Assembly (NCBI RefSeq): GCF_036917775.1
Contig: NZ_JBALEQ010000109.1
Location: forward strand, 34,763-98,762
Direction of reading: 5' to 3'
Length of the DNA stretch: 64,000 bases
Source: Nostoc sp.
GTDB lineage: Bacteria > Cyanobacteriota > Cyanobacteriia > Cyanobacteriales > Nostocaceae
Made by a program: the position numbers and the translations under genes. Under the pieces are notes generated by a model that searched no databases, was not told where the DNA came from, and worked only from the letters and a program-made list of their open reading frames with translations. Within the stretch, counting starts at the first letter, position 1. Each line of letters opens with the position of its first letter. This document shows, piece by piece, positions 1 through 8,227 of the stretch.

Positions 1-2
1 AA

Positions 3-857
3 TTGCGCCATCAGTTGAGTCAGAAATTAAATAATATTCTGGTGAAATTACGCAACAAGGCTCAAACCTTTAAAACGCGCTTACAGCAATCAGATCAAGC
101 CGACGAGTATCGACAAAAAGCTGATTTATTGATGGCTCATCTGCAAAACTGGCAACCAGGGATGAAAGAAATTATCCTTGCTGATTTTGATACAAATTTG
201 CCAGTAGCGATCGCTCTCCAGCCAGATAAAAATGCTGTCCAAAATGCCCAAAGTCTTTACAAACAGCACCAAAAACTCAAACGCGCTCGTGCTGCCGTGG
301 AACCCTTATTATTGGAAGTGCAGACAGAAATTGAGTATTTAGAACAAGTAGAAGCTGCGATCGGCCAAATAGACACCTACGAAACATCAGAAGATTTACG
401 AGCTTTAGAAGAAATCCGTGAAGAGTTGATTGGGCAAAAGTATCTAGAAGATCCAGAATATCGCAGTCGCAGTGCAAATGAACCTCCTAGCACCAACTTT
501 CATCATTACCTTACCCCCAGTGGCTTTGAAGTATTAATCGGTCGCAATAATCGCCAAAATGACCAATTAACCTTTCGTGTAGCTGGGGATTATGACTTGT
601 GGTTCCACGCTCAAGAAATTCCAGGGAGTCATCTGCTACTACGTCTAGAACCCGGTGCTGTGGCAGAAGAAGCTGATTTGCAATTTGTCGCTAATCTTGC
701 TGCATACTACAGTCGTGCGCGTCAGAGTGAGCAAGTGCCAGTAGTTTACACCCAGCCAAAACACGTTTACAAACCCAAAGGAGCAAAACCGGGAATTGCG
801 ATTTACAAGCAGGAGAGCATCCTTTGGGGAAAACCACAAATAGTCATTAGTCACTAG
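3..857 (+). CDS. rqcH: NFACT/RqcH (fibronectin-binding A-like) ribosome quality-control protein, C-terminal part; 5' end lies outside the window
   Basis: Coiled-coil region with KNAVQNAQSLYKQHQKLKRA, then NFACT-R motifs GRNNRQND and DLWFHAQEIPGSH; the frame is open to the window edge. Confidence 0.85.
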   Translation: MRHQLSQKLNNILVKLRNKAQTFKTRLQQSDQADEYRQKADLLMAHLQNWQPGMKEIILADFDTNLPVAIALQPDKNAVQNAQSLYKQHQKLKRARAAVEPLLLEVQTEIEYLEQVEAAIGQIDTYETSEDLRALEEIREELIGQKYLEDPEYRSRSANEPPSTNFHHYLTPSGFEVLIGRNNRQNDQLTFRVAGDYDLWFHAQEIPGSHLLLRLEPGAVAEEADLQFVANLAAYYSRARQSEQVPVVYTQPKHVYKPKGAKPGIAIYKQESILWGKPQIVISH

Positions 858-860
858 TCA

Positions 861-995
861 CTTGTACTGAGTTTCGACTGCGCGGAAATCGAGCGTTCGC
901 GTAGCGTCTCGTAGAGAAGTCGAGATTCAACTACCGCGTAGTCGTAAAGCCTGCGGCATAACTACGCTTAGGGCGCAGCCTTTGGTAGAGAAGTA
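861..995. repeat. Nested small dispersed repeat (SDR-like) cluster inside a TAGTCAT/TTGGTCA heptamer context
   Basis: Termini cttgtactga...aagta match the 24-nt element at 56614-56637; the interior holds further related 21-24-nt units. Confidence 0.7.
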
Positions 996-1236
996 TTGGT
1001 CAATTCTTTTCTGCTTCCTCTACCTCTGGTTTTGTCAGTCTATACCCTGCGTTCTGCTGAATTCTTCTAATAGATAGAGGGATTTAAGCTTTGCTAATAT
1101 CTTTTTTTGATGAATATTCCTGAAAAATCTGTGTTGACTGTTACAATATTGTTAAGAAAAGTTGCCCGTTGCATTTTGGGAACGCGCAATTGGGTTTTAA
1201 CTCTCTTGAGAAGACAACGCAAAAAAAATATTTTAT

Positions 1237-1264
1237 AGACCAGCTGTGGGAGGCTGGTCTTTTT
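1237..1264 (+). terminator. Intrinsic terminator-like hairpin
   Basis: agaccagc / gctggtct 8-bp stem followed by a T run. Confidence 0.55.
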
Positions 1265-1500
1265 GTATTTAATACAGCACTTTGAGTATTTTTTGAGCAT
1301 TTATAGGTCAATACGCTTGGGTTAGCCCAAAACCCTTAAACTGTGTAGGTTGGCTTGAGGAACGTAGCTTGCTTCCCGTTCGCGTAGCGTCTCAAAAGGA
1401 GAATATTTACACCACTTTTGTATCTAAAGGTATCCAAAAACGTCCAAAAATGGCATAAAGACTAGAATATTTATCCTCTATTTTTCAGGGATTAGAAACC

Positions 1501-1538
1501 AAAAAACCCTTGATATCGTTAGATATCAAGGGTTTTTT
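1501..1538 (-). terminator. Terminator downstream of tRNA-Phe (potentially bidirectional)
   Basis: Perfect 17-bp inverted repeat aaaaaacccttgatatc-gtta-gatatcaagggtttttt. Confidence 0.8.
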
Positions 1539-1543
1539 GATGA

Positions 1544-1616
<73 letters not shown>

Positions 1617-1691
1617 TGGGGCTTTTGTGAGCCACGATTAATAAATGTAGCAAACATCCCAAAATATAGCAAGCCTTTGGAGAAAAAAGAT

Positions 1692-2561
1692 TTATGCAGC
1701 TTTCAAATTCAACTTAAACCAGATGAAAACGGCTACAAATAGCAGGAATTGTACAAGAACAATACTCGGGCCAGAAGCAAGGTTGAAAATACCAGAGACA
1801 ATGATGCCAGCAATGCTGCTGATGGAACCAACTATCACCGATATGACTAGAAAGCGGCTAAAGTGGTGACTCATCAATTTGGCGGTGGAGGCGGGAATAA
1901 CCAAAAAGGCGTTCACCAGCAAAACGCCGACAGCTTTAATTGCTACGGCAACGGCGAGTGAAAGCAAAACCACAAATACATAGCGGTACAATTGAACGGG
2001 AACGCCTTGGACTTGTGCGACATCAGGGTTAAGGGTTAATAAAATTTGCTGTCGCAAGGTTGATAGTAAAAATATGCTACCTCCCACAAGTACTAACAGC
2101 GTCAAAATCAAATCTGTGGTATCGATCGCTAGAATATCTCCGAACAGCACAGCCATCAAGTTACCGCGATATCCTTTAATCAAGCTAGTGAGAATCACAC
2201 CGATCGCTAATGCCCCAGATAGCACTATGCTAAGGACGCTATCGCTACCTAAATCGGTTTTGTCGATGAAGTAGAGGACAATAACCCCGAAAACCAAGGT
2301 AAAAGGTAACAGCATCCAAGTCGGATTTATTTGTAGCAGCACACCTAACGCCACACCTACTAATGCTGCATGACCAACGGCATGGCTGAAAAAGGACAAC
2401 TGGCGCAAGGTGACAAAACTACCCAACATCCCGCCAAGTATTCCCATTAACACAGCACCGACGATCGCACGCTGCATAAAGGGGAATGTTAACAAGCTTA
2501 CCAAGTCATTACTACTGGCGATCGCAAGCCAAGCTATCTGACAATCATTGAAGAAATCCAT
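1692..2561 (-). CDS. znuB: Zn/Mn ABC transporter permease
   Basis: Multi-TM protein with ABC-3 motifs (FFSHAVGHAALVG, LFGDILAI, LVIPASTA); operon with ATPase and SBP. Confidence 0.88.
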   Translation of the reverse strand: MDFFNDCQIAWLAIASSNDLVSLLTFPFMQRAIVGAVLMGILGGMLGSFVTLRQLSFFSHAVGHAALVGVALGVLLQINPTWMLLPFTLVFGVIVLYFIDKTDLGSDSVLSIVLSGALAIGVILTSLIKGYRGNLMAVLFGDILAIDTTDLILTLLVLVGGSIFLLSTLRQQILLTLNPDVAQVQGVPVQLYRYVFVVLLSLAVAVAIKAVGVLLVNAFLVIPASTAKLMSHHFSRFLVISVIVGSISSIAGIIVSGIFNLASGPSIVLVQFLLFVAVFIWFKLNLKAA

Positions 2562-2572
2562 ATTTATAAGCT

Positions 2573-3349
2573 TTAATGTTGGTGCTGGTAACGGCTAAAA
2601 CCTGGGCCGTATGTGGCTAACAGGTTTTGCGGTGAAAGGGCAATTTCTGGTTTACCAGTACAAACAATGCTTTGGTTGAGGCAAAGCACGCGATCGCAAT
2701 GGCGATTTACCATATCAATATCATGGGAAACTTGTAATACCGTCCAACCCTCCTCTCGCTTTAATTCATTTAGCAAAGCGTAAAAATCTGCTGAACCTTG
2801 CACATCAACACCAGCAAAGGCTTCATCAAGTACCAACAGTTTTCGAGGCATTACTAAACAATAAGCCAACAACACCCGCTTGAGTTGACCACCGCTAAGA
2901 GTACCAATAGCTTGATGCTGTAAATGATAAGCATCGGTTCGCCGTAAAGCTTCTACTACTGCTGCCGATTTTTCTCTGTCTTGTTTCCACAGCTTGGAGA
3001 AAAATAAATCTCCCTTTTTTCCTTCCTTTGCCCATCCCAGTCCCACCAATTCGCTAACAGAAATAGGAAAGCTGCGGTCAAAGATGAAATTTTGCGGCAT
3101 ATAGCCCAACAAATGACGCAAACGCCCCAGCCTTGCGATTGGGCGACCGAATATTTCAATCGTACCAGCACTTCGAGGTATCAAATCTAAAACCGCTTTT
3201 ACTAAGGTACTTTTACCAGCACCATTGGGGCCAACAATAGCTGTATCTGTTCCTGGCAATAATTCAAAGGAAACGTCTCGAACAGCTAAATAACTACCTT
3301 GATAGACAGTTAATCCTTCTACTTTTAAAATAGCAATGTCATTAGTCAT
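2573..3349 (-). CDS. znuC: Zn/Mn ABC transporter ATP-binding protein
   Basis: Walker A GPNGAGKST, signature LSGGQ, Walker B LVLDE, C-terminal HQH. Confidence 0.9.
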   Translation of the reverse strand: MTNDIAILKVEGLTVYQGSYLAVRDVSFELLPGTDTAIVGPNGAGKSTLVKAVLDLIPRSAGTIEIFGRPIARLGRLRHLLGYMPQNFIFDRSFPISVSELVGLGWAKEGKKGDLFFSKLWKQDREKSAAVVEALRRTDAYHLQHQAIGTLSGGQLKRVLLAYCLVMPRKLLVLDEAFAGVDVQGSADFYALLNELKREEGWTVLQVSHDIDMVNRHCDRVLCLNQSIVCTGKPEIALSPQNLLATYGPGFSRYQHQH

Positions 3350-3450
3350 TGGTCATTAGTCATTAGTCATTGGTCATTAGTCATTAGTCATTAGTCATTG
3401 GTCATTGGTCATTAGTCATTGGTCATTGGTCATTAATCATTGGTCATTAG
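3339..3450. repeat. STRR heptamer array (TCATT[A/G]G x16)
   Basis: 16 tandem 7-mers counted; the array runs into the znuC start codon. Confidence 0.95.
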
Positions 3451-3482
3451 TTTTTACAAAGGACAAATGACAAAAGACAAAC

Positions 3483-4490
3483 CTATTTACACGAGGTCTC
3501 CAAGATTTGTAAGTTAGCTTTCATTGCCTTGAAATAATACTGTGGATTTGTTTCACCAGTTTCTAGGGAATCCAGAGGACGCAAAGTTAATTTCAAGTCT
3601 TTGGAGAGGCTACTTAGGAGTTTGTTATCTACTCCTGGTTCACTAAATAAAGCTTTAACTTTGTACTTTTTAACAGCATTGACTGCATTTTGTACATCAG
3701 TTGGTGAAAGTTGATCTTCGGGAATTTGCACCACAGCAATTTGCTTGAGATTATAGCGTTTTGCCAAATAGGGAAACGCATCATGAAAGGTAATAAAGGT
3801 ACAACTAGGAGTTTTTTGTAAAGTCTGTTGAAATTCATTATTTAAACTTTCTAATTCTTTAATATAAACCGCAGCATTTGCCTCATAAGTAGGTTTATTT
3901 GCCGGGTCAGCAGCAATTAACCCATCCCGAATATTAGTTACCTGTTGTTTTGCCAAAACTGGATCTAACCAAACATGAGGATTACCTTGGGCGTGTTCGT
4001 GGTCTTCTTTCGCTGTTTTTACAACAGGTGAAATTTCATTTAAGGGTTTAATACCAATACTTGCATCAATTTCGGCTAGTTTGGTATTTTCGGCATTTTT
4101 AACAGTATTTTTCAGAAACTCCTCTAAACCTAAACCATTTTTTACTAACACATTCGCAGTTGCGATCGCTTTGACATTTTCGGGTGTCGCTTGATATTCA
4201 TGTACCTCCGTACCAGGCGGCACTAAAATTTCTACATCTGCCACATTCCCAGCTACTGCCTTAGTAAACAAATATATCGGCAAAAATGTCGTCACTACTT
4301 TAGTTTTTCCTAACTGCGCTACTGGGGTGGATACAGCTACCTGTGCTTGCGGTGACTGTTCAGGTATTGTTCCCTGATTCGGATTCGATTGGCTACAGCC
4401 AGCAATCATCGACAACATTAGTAGAGTCATTATGGACAAGATGCCGCTTCTTTGTCTTCCTATGATCAGCCCTTTGCCATTGATTATCAC
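3483..4490 (-). CDS. znuA: Zn/Mn ABC transporter substrate-binding lipoprotein
   Basis: Lipobox IAGC, metal ligands HEY, NPHVWLDP, HDAF; GTG start with GAGGAGG upstream. Confidence 0.88.
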   Translation of the reverse strand: MIINGKGLIIGRQRSGILSIMTLLMLSMIAGCSQSNPNQGTIPEQSPQAQVAVSTPVAQLGKTKVVTTFLPIYLFTKAVAGNVADVEILVPPGTEVHEYQATPENVKAIATANVLVKNGLGLEEFLKNTVKNAENTKLAEIDASIGIKPLNEISPVVKTAKEDHEHAQGNPHVWLDPVLAKQQVTNIRDGLIAADPANKPTYEANAAVYIKELESLNNEFQQTLQKTPSCTFITFHDAFPYLAKRYNLKQIAVVQIPEDQLSPTDVQNAVNAVKKYKVKALFSEPGVDNKLLSSLSKDLKLTLRPLDSLETGETNPQYYFKAMKANLQILETSCK

Positions 4491-4546
4491 GGTGTTTTCC
4501 TCCTCAAAATGGATGGAAGTCTATAAGACTTATTCTAAACTTTAGA

Positions 4547-4592
4547 CTATAATAATTCTCATTCTCATTCCCAACACATAATATCATTCTCA
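4547..4592. promoter_or_regulatory. Two candidate Zur/Fur-family 7-1-7 boxes in the znuA/porin divergent promoter
   Basis: Minus strand reads TGAGAAT-T-ATTATAG (4547-4561) and TGAGAAT-G-ATATTAT (4578-4592), resembling TGATAATnATTATCA. Confidence 0.55.
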
Positions 4593-4699
4593 GTTTCCTG
4601 TGTAATGAGTAACAACAAAACTTTGTCAGATGGTACAGTCCTCTGCAATTTAGTTTTCCCTGAATAATTAGGATTTCTTGACTTTTTTTCTTAAAAAGG

Positions 4700-6391
4700 T
4701 TGTCGATTTCTGATAATATTACTGACAAATATTTGCATGAAATACACGTTAAAAAAACGTGCTTTGGGTGTGAATTGGAGATCAGTGTGAGGAGAAAAAT
4801 GCAAAATTTCTGTAAATATCTGCTAGTTAGTCCAGCAGTCTGCTGTGCAATGCTATTTGTGAATACTGCTGCTTTTGCAGGTGAAACATCCGCTACGTCT
4901 GAAATCAATAAACCGCAAGTTTTAGCTAGTCCAGACACAAACACTCAGATAACAGGGCAAGTTACTTCCGTATCTCAATTTTCTGATGTACAACCTACTG
5001 ACTGGGCATTCCAAGCATTGCAGTCGTTGGTTGAGCGCTATGGCTGTATTGCAGGATACCCAAATAGTACTTATCGCGGTAATCGCGCATTAACGCGATA
5101 TGAGTTTGCTGCTGGTTTAAATGCTTGTCTCGATCGCGTTAACGAACTTATCGCTACAGCCACAGGCGATTTAGTTAACAAACAAGATTTAGCAACATTA
5201 CAAAAGCTGCAAGCAGATTTTTCAGCAGAACTGGCGACACTCCGAGGTCGTGTAGATGCAGTAGAAGCTAAAACTGCTGAATTAGAGGCGAATCAGTTTT
5301 CAACCACAACCAAACTGCAAGGACAAGTTGTTGCTGTCGTTAGCGATGTTTTGTCAGGAAATACAGTTAACGGTGCAGAAATTACAGATAAAAATACAAC
5401 TTTAGGGGCACGAGCGCGAATAGAACTTGTGACCAGTTTTACTGGGAAAGATACGTTGTTTACCAGAATCCAGGTTAATAATATTCTTACCCCTGACATT
5501 GGTACACCAGAAGGCAATTTATTTTTTGCTGGTGAGGATGGTACTACTGATGCTGCTATAGACGCACTGTTCTACAGATTTCCGTTGGGCGAAAAAACAG
5601 AGGTTGTTGCGATCGCTAACGCAGGTGCAGCAGATGATATTACCAGTACTGTTAATCTCTTTGATGGTGATGGTGCTTTTGGTGCTTTATCCACCTTTGG
5701 TACACGCAACCCCATTTATGGCCAAATGAATGGTGCGGGGTTGGGAGTAACGCACGAGTTCAGTGATAAATTGGCACTGAGTTTAGGGTATTTGAGTGGT
5801 ACAGCTAATGACCCTACACCCAATAATGGTTTGTTTAATGGATCTTACGGTGCGTTGGCACAGTTGACAGTTAAACCAAGCGATCGCATTACTATTGGTT
5901 TAACTTACATTAATTCTTACAACCAACCACTACTTACAGGTAGCAATGCAGCAACTCTCGCGCCCTTGGATTTAGATGACAATGGCACCCGATTTTCCAG
6001 TAATTCTTATGGTGTCCAAGCATCCATCGGCATCACCGATAAGATAGTCTTGGGTGGTTGGGCTGGATACACCAACAGCCGCACATTAAATGGCGATCGT
6101 GGAGAAGTTGATATTTGGAACTATGCCGTTACCCTCGGCTTCCCTGACCTCGGTAAAGAAGGAAGTTTAGCTGGTATTATTGCCGGTGTGGAACCTAGAT
6201 TAACAAGTTCTAATATCGCAGGATTAGATACAGATCCCGATACATCCTATCATCTTGAGGCGTTCTACCAGTATAAGCTGAGTGACAATATCACCATTAC
6301 GCCAGGAGTCATCTGGCTAACATCCCCTGATCATAACAATAACAACGATGATGTTGTGATTGGCGCACTGAGAACCACATTTAGTTTCTAA
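4700..6391 (+). CDS. SLH-domain outer-membrane porin (OprB/iron-uptake porin family); the start may be at a downstream Met
   Basis: SLH motif FSDVQPTDWAFQALQSLVERYGCIAGYP, coiled coil, NQFSTTTKL, C-terminal LRTTFSF. Confidence 0.92.
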   Translation: MSISDNITDKYLHEIHVKKTCFGCELEISVRRKMQNFCKYLLVSPAVCCAMLFVNTAAFAGETSATSEINKPQVLASPDTNTQITGQVTSVSQFSDVQPTDWAFQALQSLVERYGCIAGYPNSTYRGNRALTRYEFAAGLNACLDRVNELIATATGDLVNKQDLATLQKLQADFSAELATLRGRVDAVEAKTAELEANQFSTTTKLQGQVVAVVSDVLSGNTVNGAEITDKNTTLGARARIELVTSFTGKDTLFTRIQVNNILTPDIGTPEGNLFFAGEDGTTDAAIDALFYRFPLGEKTEVVAIANAGAADDITSTVNLFDGDGAFGALSTFGTRNPIYGQMNGAGLGVTHEFSDKLALSLGYLSGTANDPTPNNGLFNGSYGALAQLTVKPSDRITIGLTYINSYNQPLLTGSNAATLAPLDLDDNGTRFSSNSYGVQASIGITDKIVLGGWAGYTNSRTLNGDRGEVDIWNYAVTLGFPDLGKEGSLAGIIAGVEPRLTSSNIAGLDTDPDTSYHLEAFYQYKLSDNITITPGVIWLTSPDHNNNNDDVVIGALRTTFSF

Positions 6392-6405
6392 TTTTAAAGA
6401 TTCCC

Positions 6406-6440
6406 AAAAAAGACGTAAATTTATCTTTTGCGTCTTTTTT
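6406..6440. terminator. Bidirectional terminator between the convergent porin and DUF6745-like genes
   Basis: aaaaaagacgtaaa / tttgcgtctttttt stem with one G-U pair. Confidence 0.7.
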
Positions 6441-6479
6441 GTGCAATCTCAAAAATAAAACCTAATACAGTTAAGTAAG

Positions 6480-7535
6480 TTATGTTTGCACACCAAATTC
6501 CTCTGGGTCTACACCCCAATTCACCCAGCTAATTGCTTCACGCGCTGAGTTTATATTTGGTGGAACTCGCAAGGCGTGAATAAAGCTTGTGCTAGGACAA
6601 GTCATTTTTAATAAATGAATTGATTCTTCATCAACATCAGCATCAATTTTTAATAGAGTGTATTCTTGCCAAGTATCTAATTCAATAGCTTGTAATTCTT
6701 GGCAAATTCGGGCGTAACCAATACCTTGAATTAATACTCGGCGTAGTTCGGCATTATACTCTGTTAAAAGCCATTGAGATTGCCATTGGTGCGGGTAAAT
6801 CTTACCGTATTTTTCAGGTAAGGTTACACCGTGGTAGGAGTAGAGGCTATATCCATCAATAAATTCAATGGCGGGTTCGCCTTCAGCGTGGGGGCGATTT
6901 TCATTGTCGAAGCGTAGGTGAAGGGGGCGATCGCATATTATACAAAATTTTTCAAATGGAGAAAGCCAACCACAAAACCTTGATAAAGACTGTAAAGTTT
7001 CCCATCTTTTTTTACTGTAATAATAATTTAATACAGAAACGTAAAAATCCACATGACAACAACGATTCGCCAAATTTTGTAAATTTAACCAGAGACGATC
7101 TCCTAAATATATATTGAATTTAGGCTGATTTGGGAATTTATCTTCTAATACATATTCTCGTGGACTGAAACTTGGTTCAACAACAGTTAATTTTTCAAAA
7201 ATCTGCGTATTTATTTGATGTGAAAATTCTCTATATTTATTAGTTAAACTTGCCGTAATATAGCCGCAAACCTTATCATTTAAACTTAGAAATTCTAGAT
7301 TATTAAAACTTAAGTTAGGTAGCTTTTGATAAATAATTTTTAAACCAGCATAAGGACTTTCACAAAAAATAATTTCCGGATCTTGTTTATTGATAGCTGT
7401 ATATGCAGCTTTGACAACTTCCGCAGCTTTTTCACGATCAATCCGTTCGGTCGAAAGCGCAATTTTCTGCCACTTTTCCCGATAAACTGGAATCAAAGCC
7501 TCTTGCTCAGGCGTTAAATTTTCAATCAGCGACAT
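6480..7535 (-). CDS. DUF6745-like hypothetical protein
   Basis: C-terminal motifs RLHAEGEPAI-like (RPHAEGEPAIEF), NAELRRVLI, LKMTCPST, LRVPP, AREAISW recognised from this family. Confidence 0.7.
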   Translation of the reverse strand: MSLIENLTPEQEALIPVYREKWQKIALSTERIDREKAAEVVKAAYTAINKQDPEIIFCESPYAGLKIIYQKLPNLSFNNLEFLSLNDKVCGYITASLTNKYREFSHQINTQIFEKLTVVEPSFSPREYVLEDKFPNQPKFNIYLGDRLWLNLQNLANRCCHVDFYVSVLNYYYSKKRWETLQSLSRFCGWLSPFEKFCIICDRPLHLRFDNENRPHAEGEPAIEFIDGYSLYSYHGVTLPEKYGKIYPHQWQSQWLLTEYNAELRRVLIQGIGYARICQELQAIELDTWQEYTLLKIDADVDEESIHLLKMTCPSTSFIHALRVPPNINSAREAISWVNWGVDPEEFGVQT

Positions 7536-7815
7536 AACGCCAACCTTCAGGCTCGTATTCCCGTTGAATTTTCACCATCCAGTCACCTTGGGGAATAGAA
7601 ATAGCTTTATGCTCTTCATGAGCTAGCAATGCCGACTCTGAGAAAACACGCAAGTAGAGTGTGCTATCTTTTTCGTATAATTCGGCGTTTCCCTCAGTAA
7701 TGCGATGCTTATGACCCGTAACTTCGCCTTCTGCCAAAGTTAAGTGAGGTATTTTTTGTCCTTCAATTTGCTGCACAGGCAGTAAAATTACATCACCTTG
7801 ACGAATTGGTTTCAT
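7522..7815 (-). CDS. Small conserved hypothetical protein (RQGDV / AEGEVTGHKH motif)
   Basis: Likely start MKPIRQGDV at 7815; overlaps the next gene by 14 nt; His-rich motifs. Confidence 0.8.
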   Translation of the reverse strand: MKPIRQGDVILLPVQQIEGQKIPHLTLAEGEVTGHKHRITEGNAELYEKDSTLYLRVFSESALLAHEEHKAISIPQGDWMVKIQREYEPEGWRYVAD

Positions 7816-7901
7816 AGTTTTGCTTTCCTGACATGGATACAAACCCTACTTCGCTTTTACTCTCAAATTTGGTTTAATTTTGGCACAAGCTATATGAAAG
7901 T

Positions 7902-7972
7902 GGGAATTGGGCATTGGTCAATAAAATAGTTATTTTTCCCTTCCTTCCCCATTCCCCACTCCCCATTCCCCA
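7902..7972. repeat. STRR heptamers (CCCCA[T/C]T), partly inverted
   Basis: gggaattgggcattgg ... ccccattccccactccccattcccca. Confidence 0.75.
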
Positions 7973-8227
7973 AATTTTAAAACTGTAGTCGCCAATTATG
8001 CGTTAGATAAGTTAAAGATTGAAATAGCTGGAAATTCACACCCAGCGTAGCCTTCTCTATCCTTTGGGACAGACTGGGCCACAAGTTCAGGGGATTTTCT
8101 CCCAAGCAGACAGTTTATGTGAGGATTAAATCACCGCCCTAAGCGCGACCTTTTATCTTGACAATTTGCAAAAATTACCTCAATTTGACTGTTTAGCTTA
8201 GTAGCTATTCTTTTTATTGAAATTTCC

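Noticed and set aside
1094-1300. 68-aa ORF near tRNA-Phe
   Set aside because: No motif or SD, AT-rich low-complexity composition
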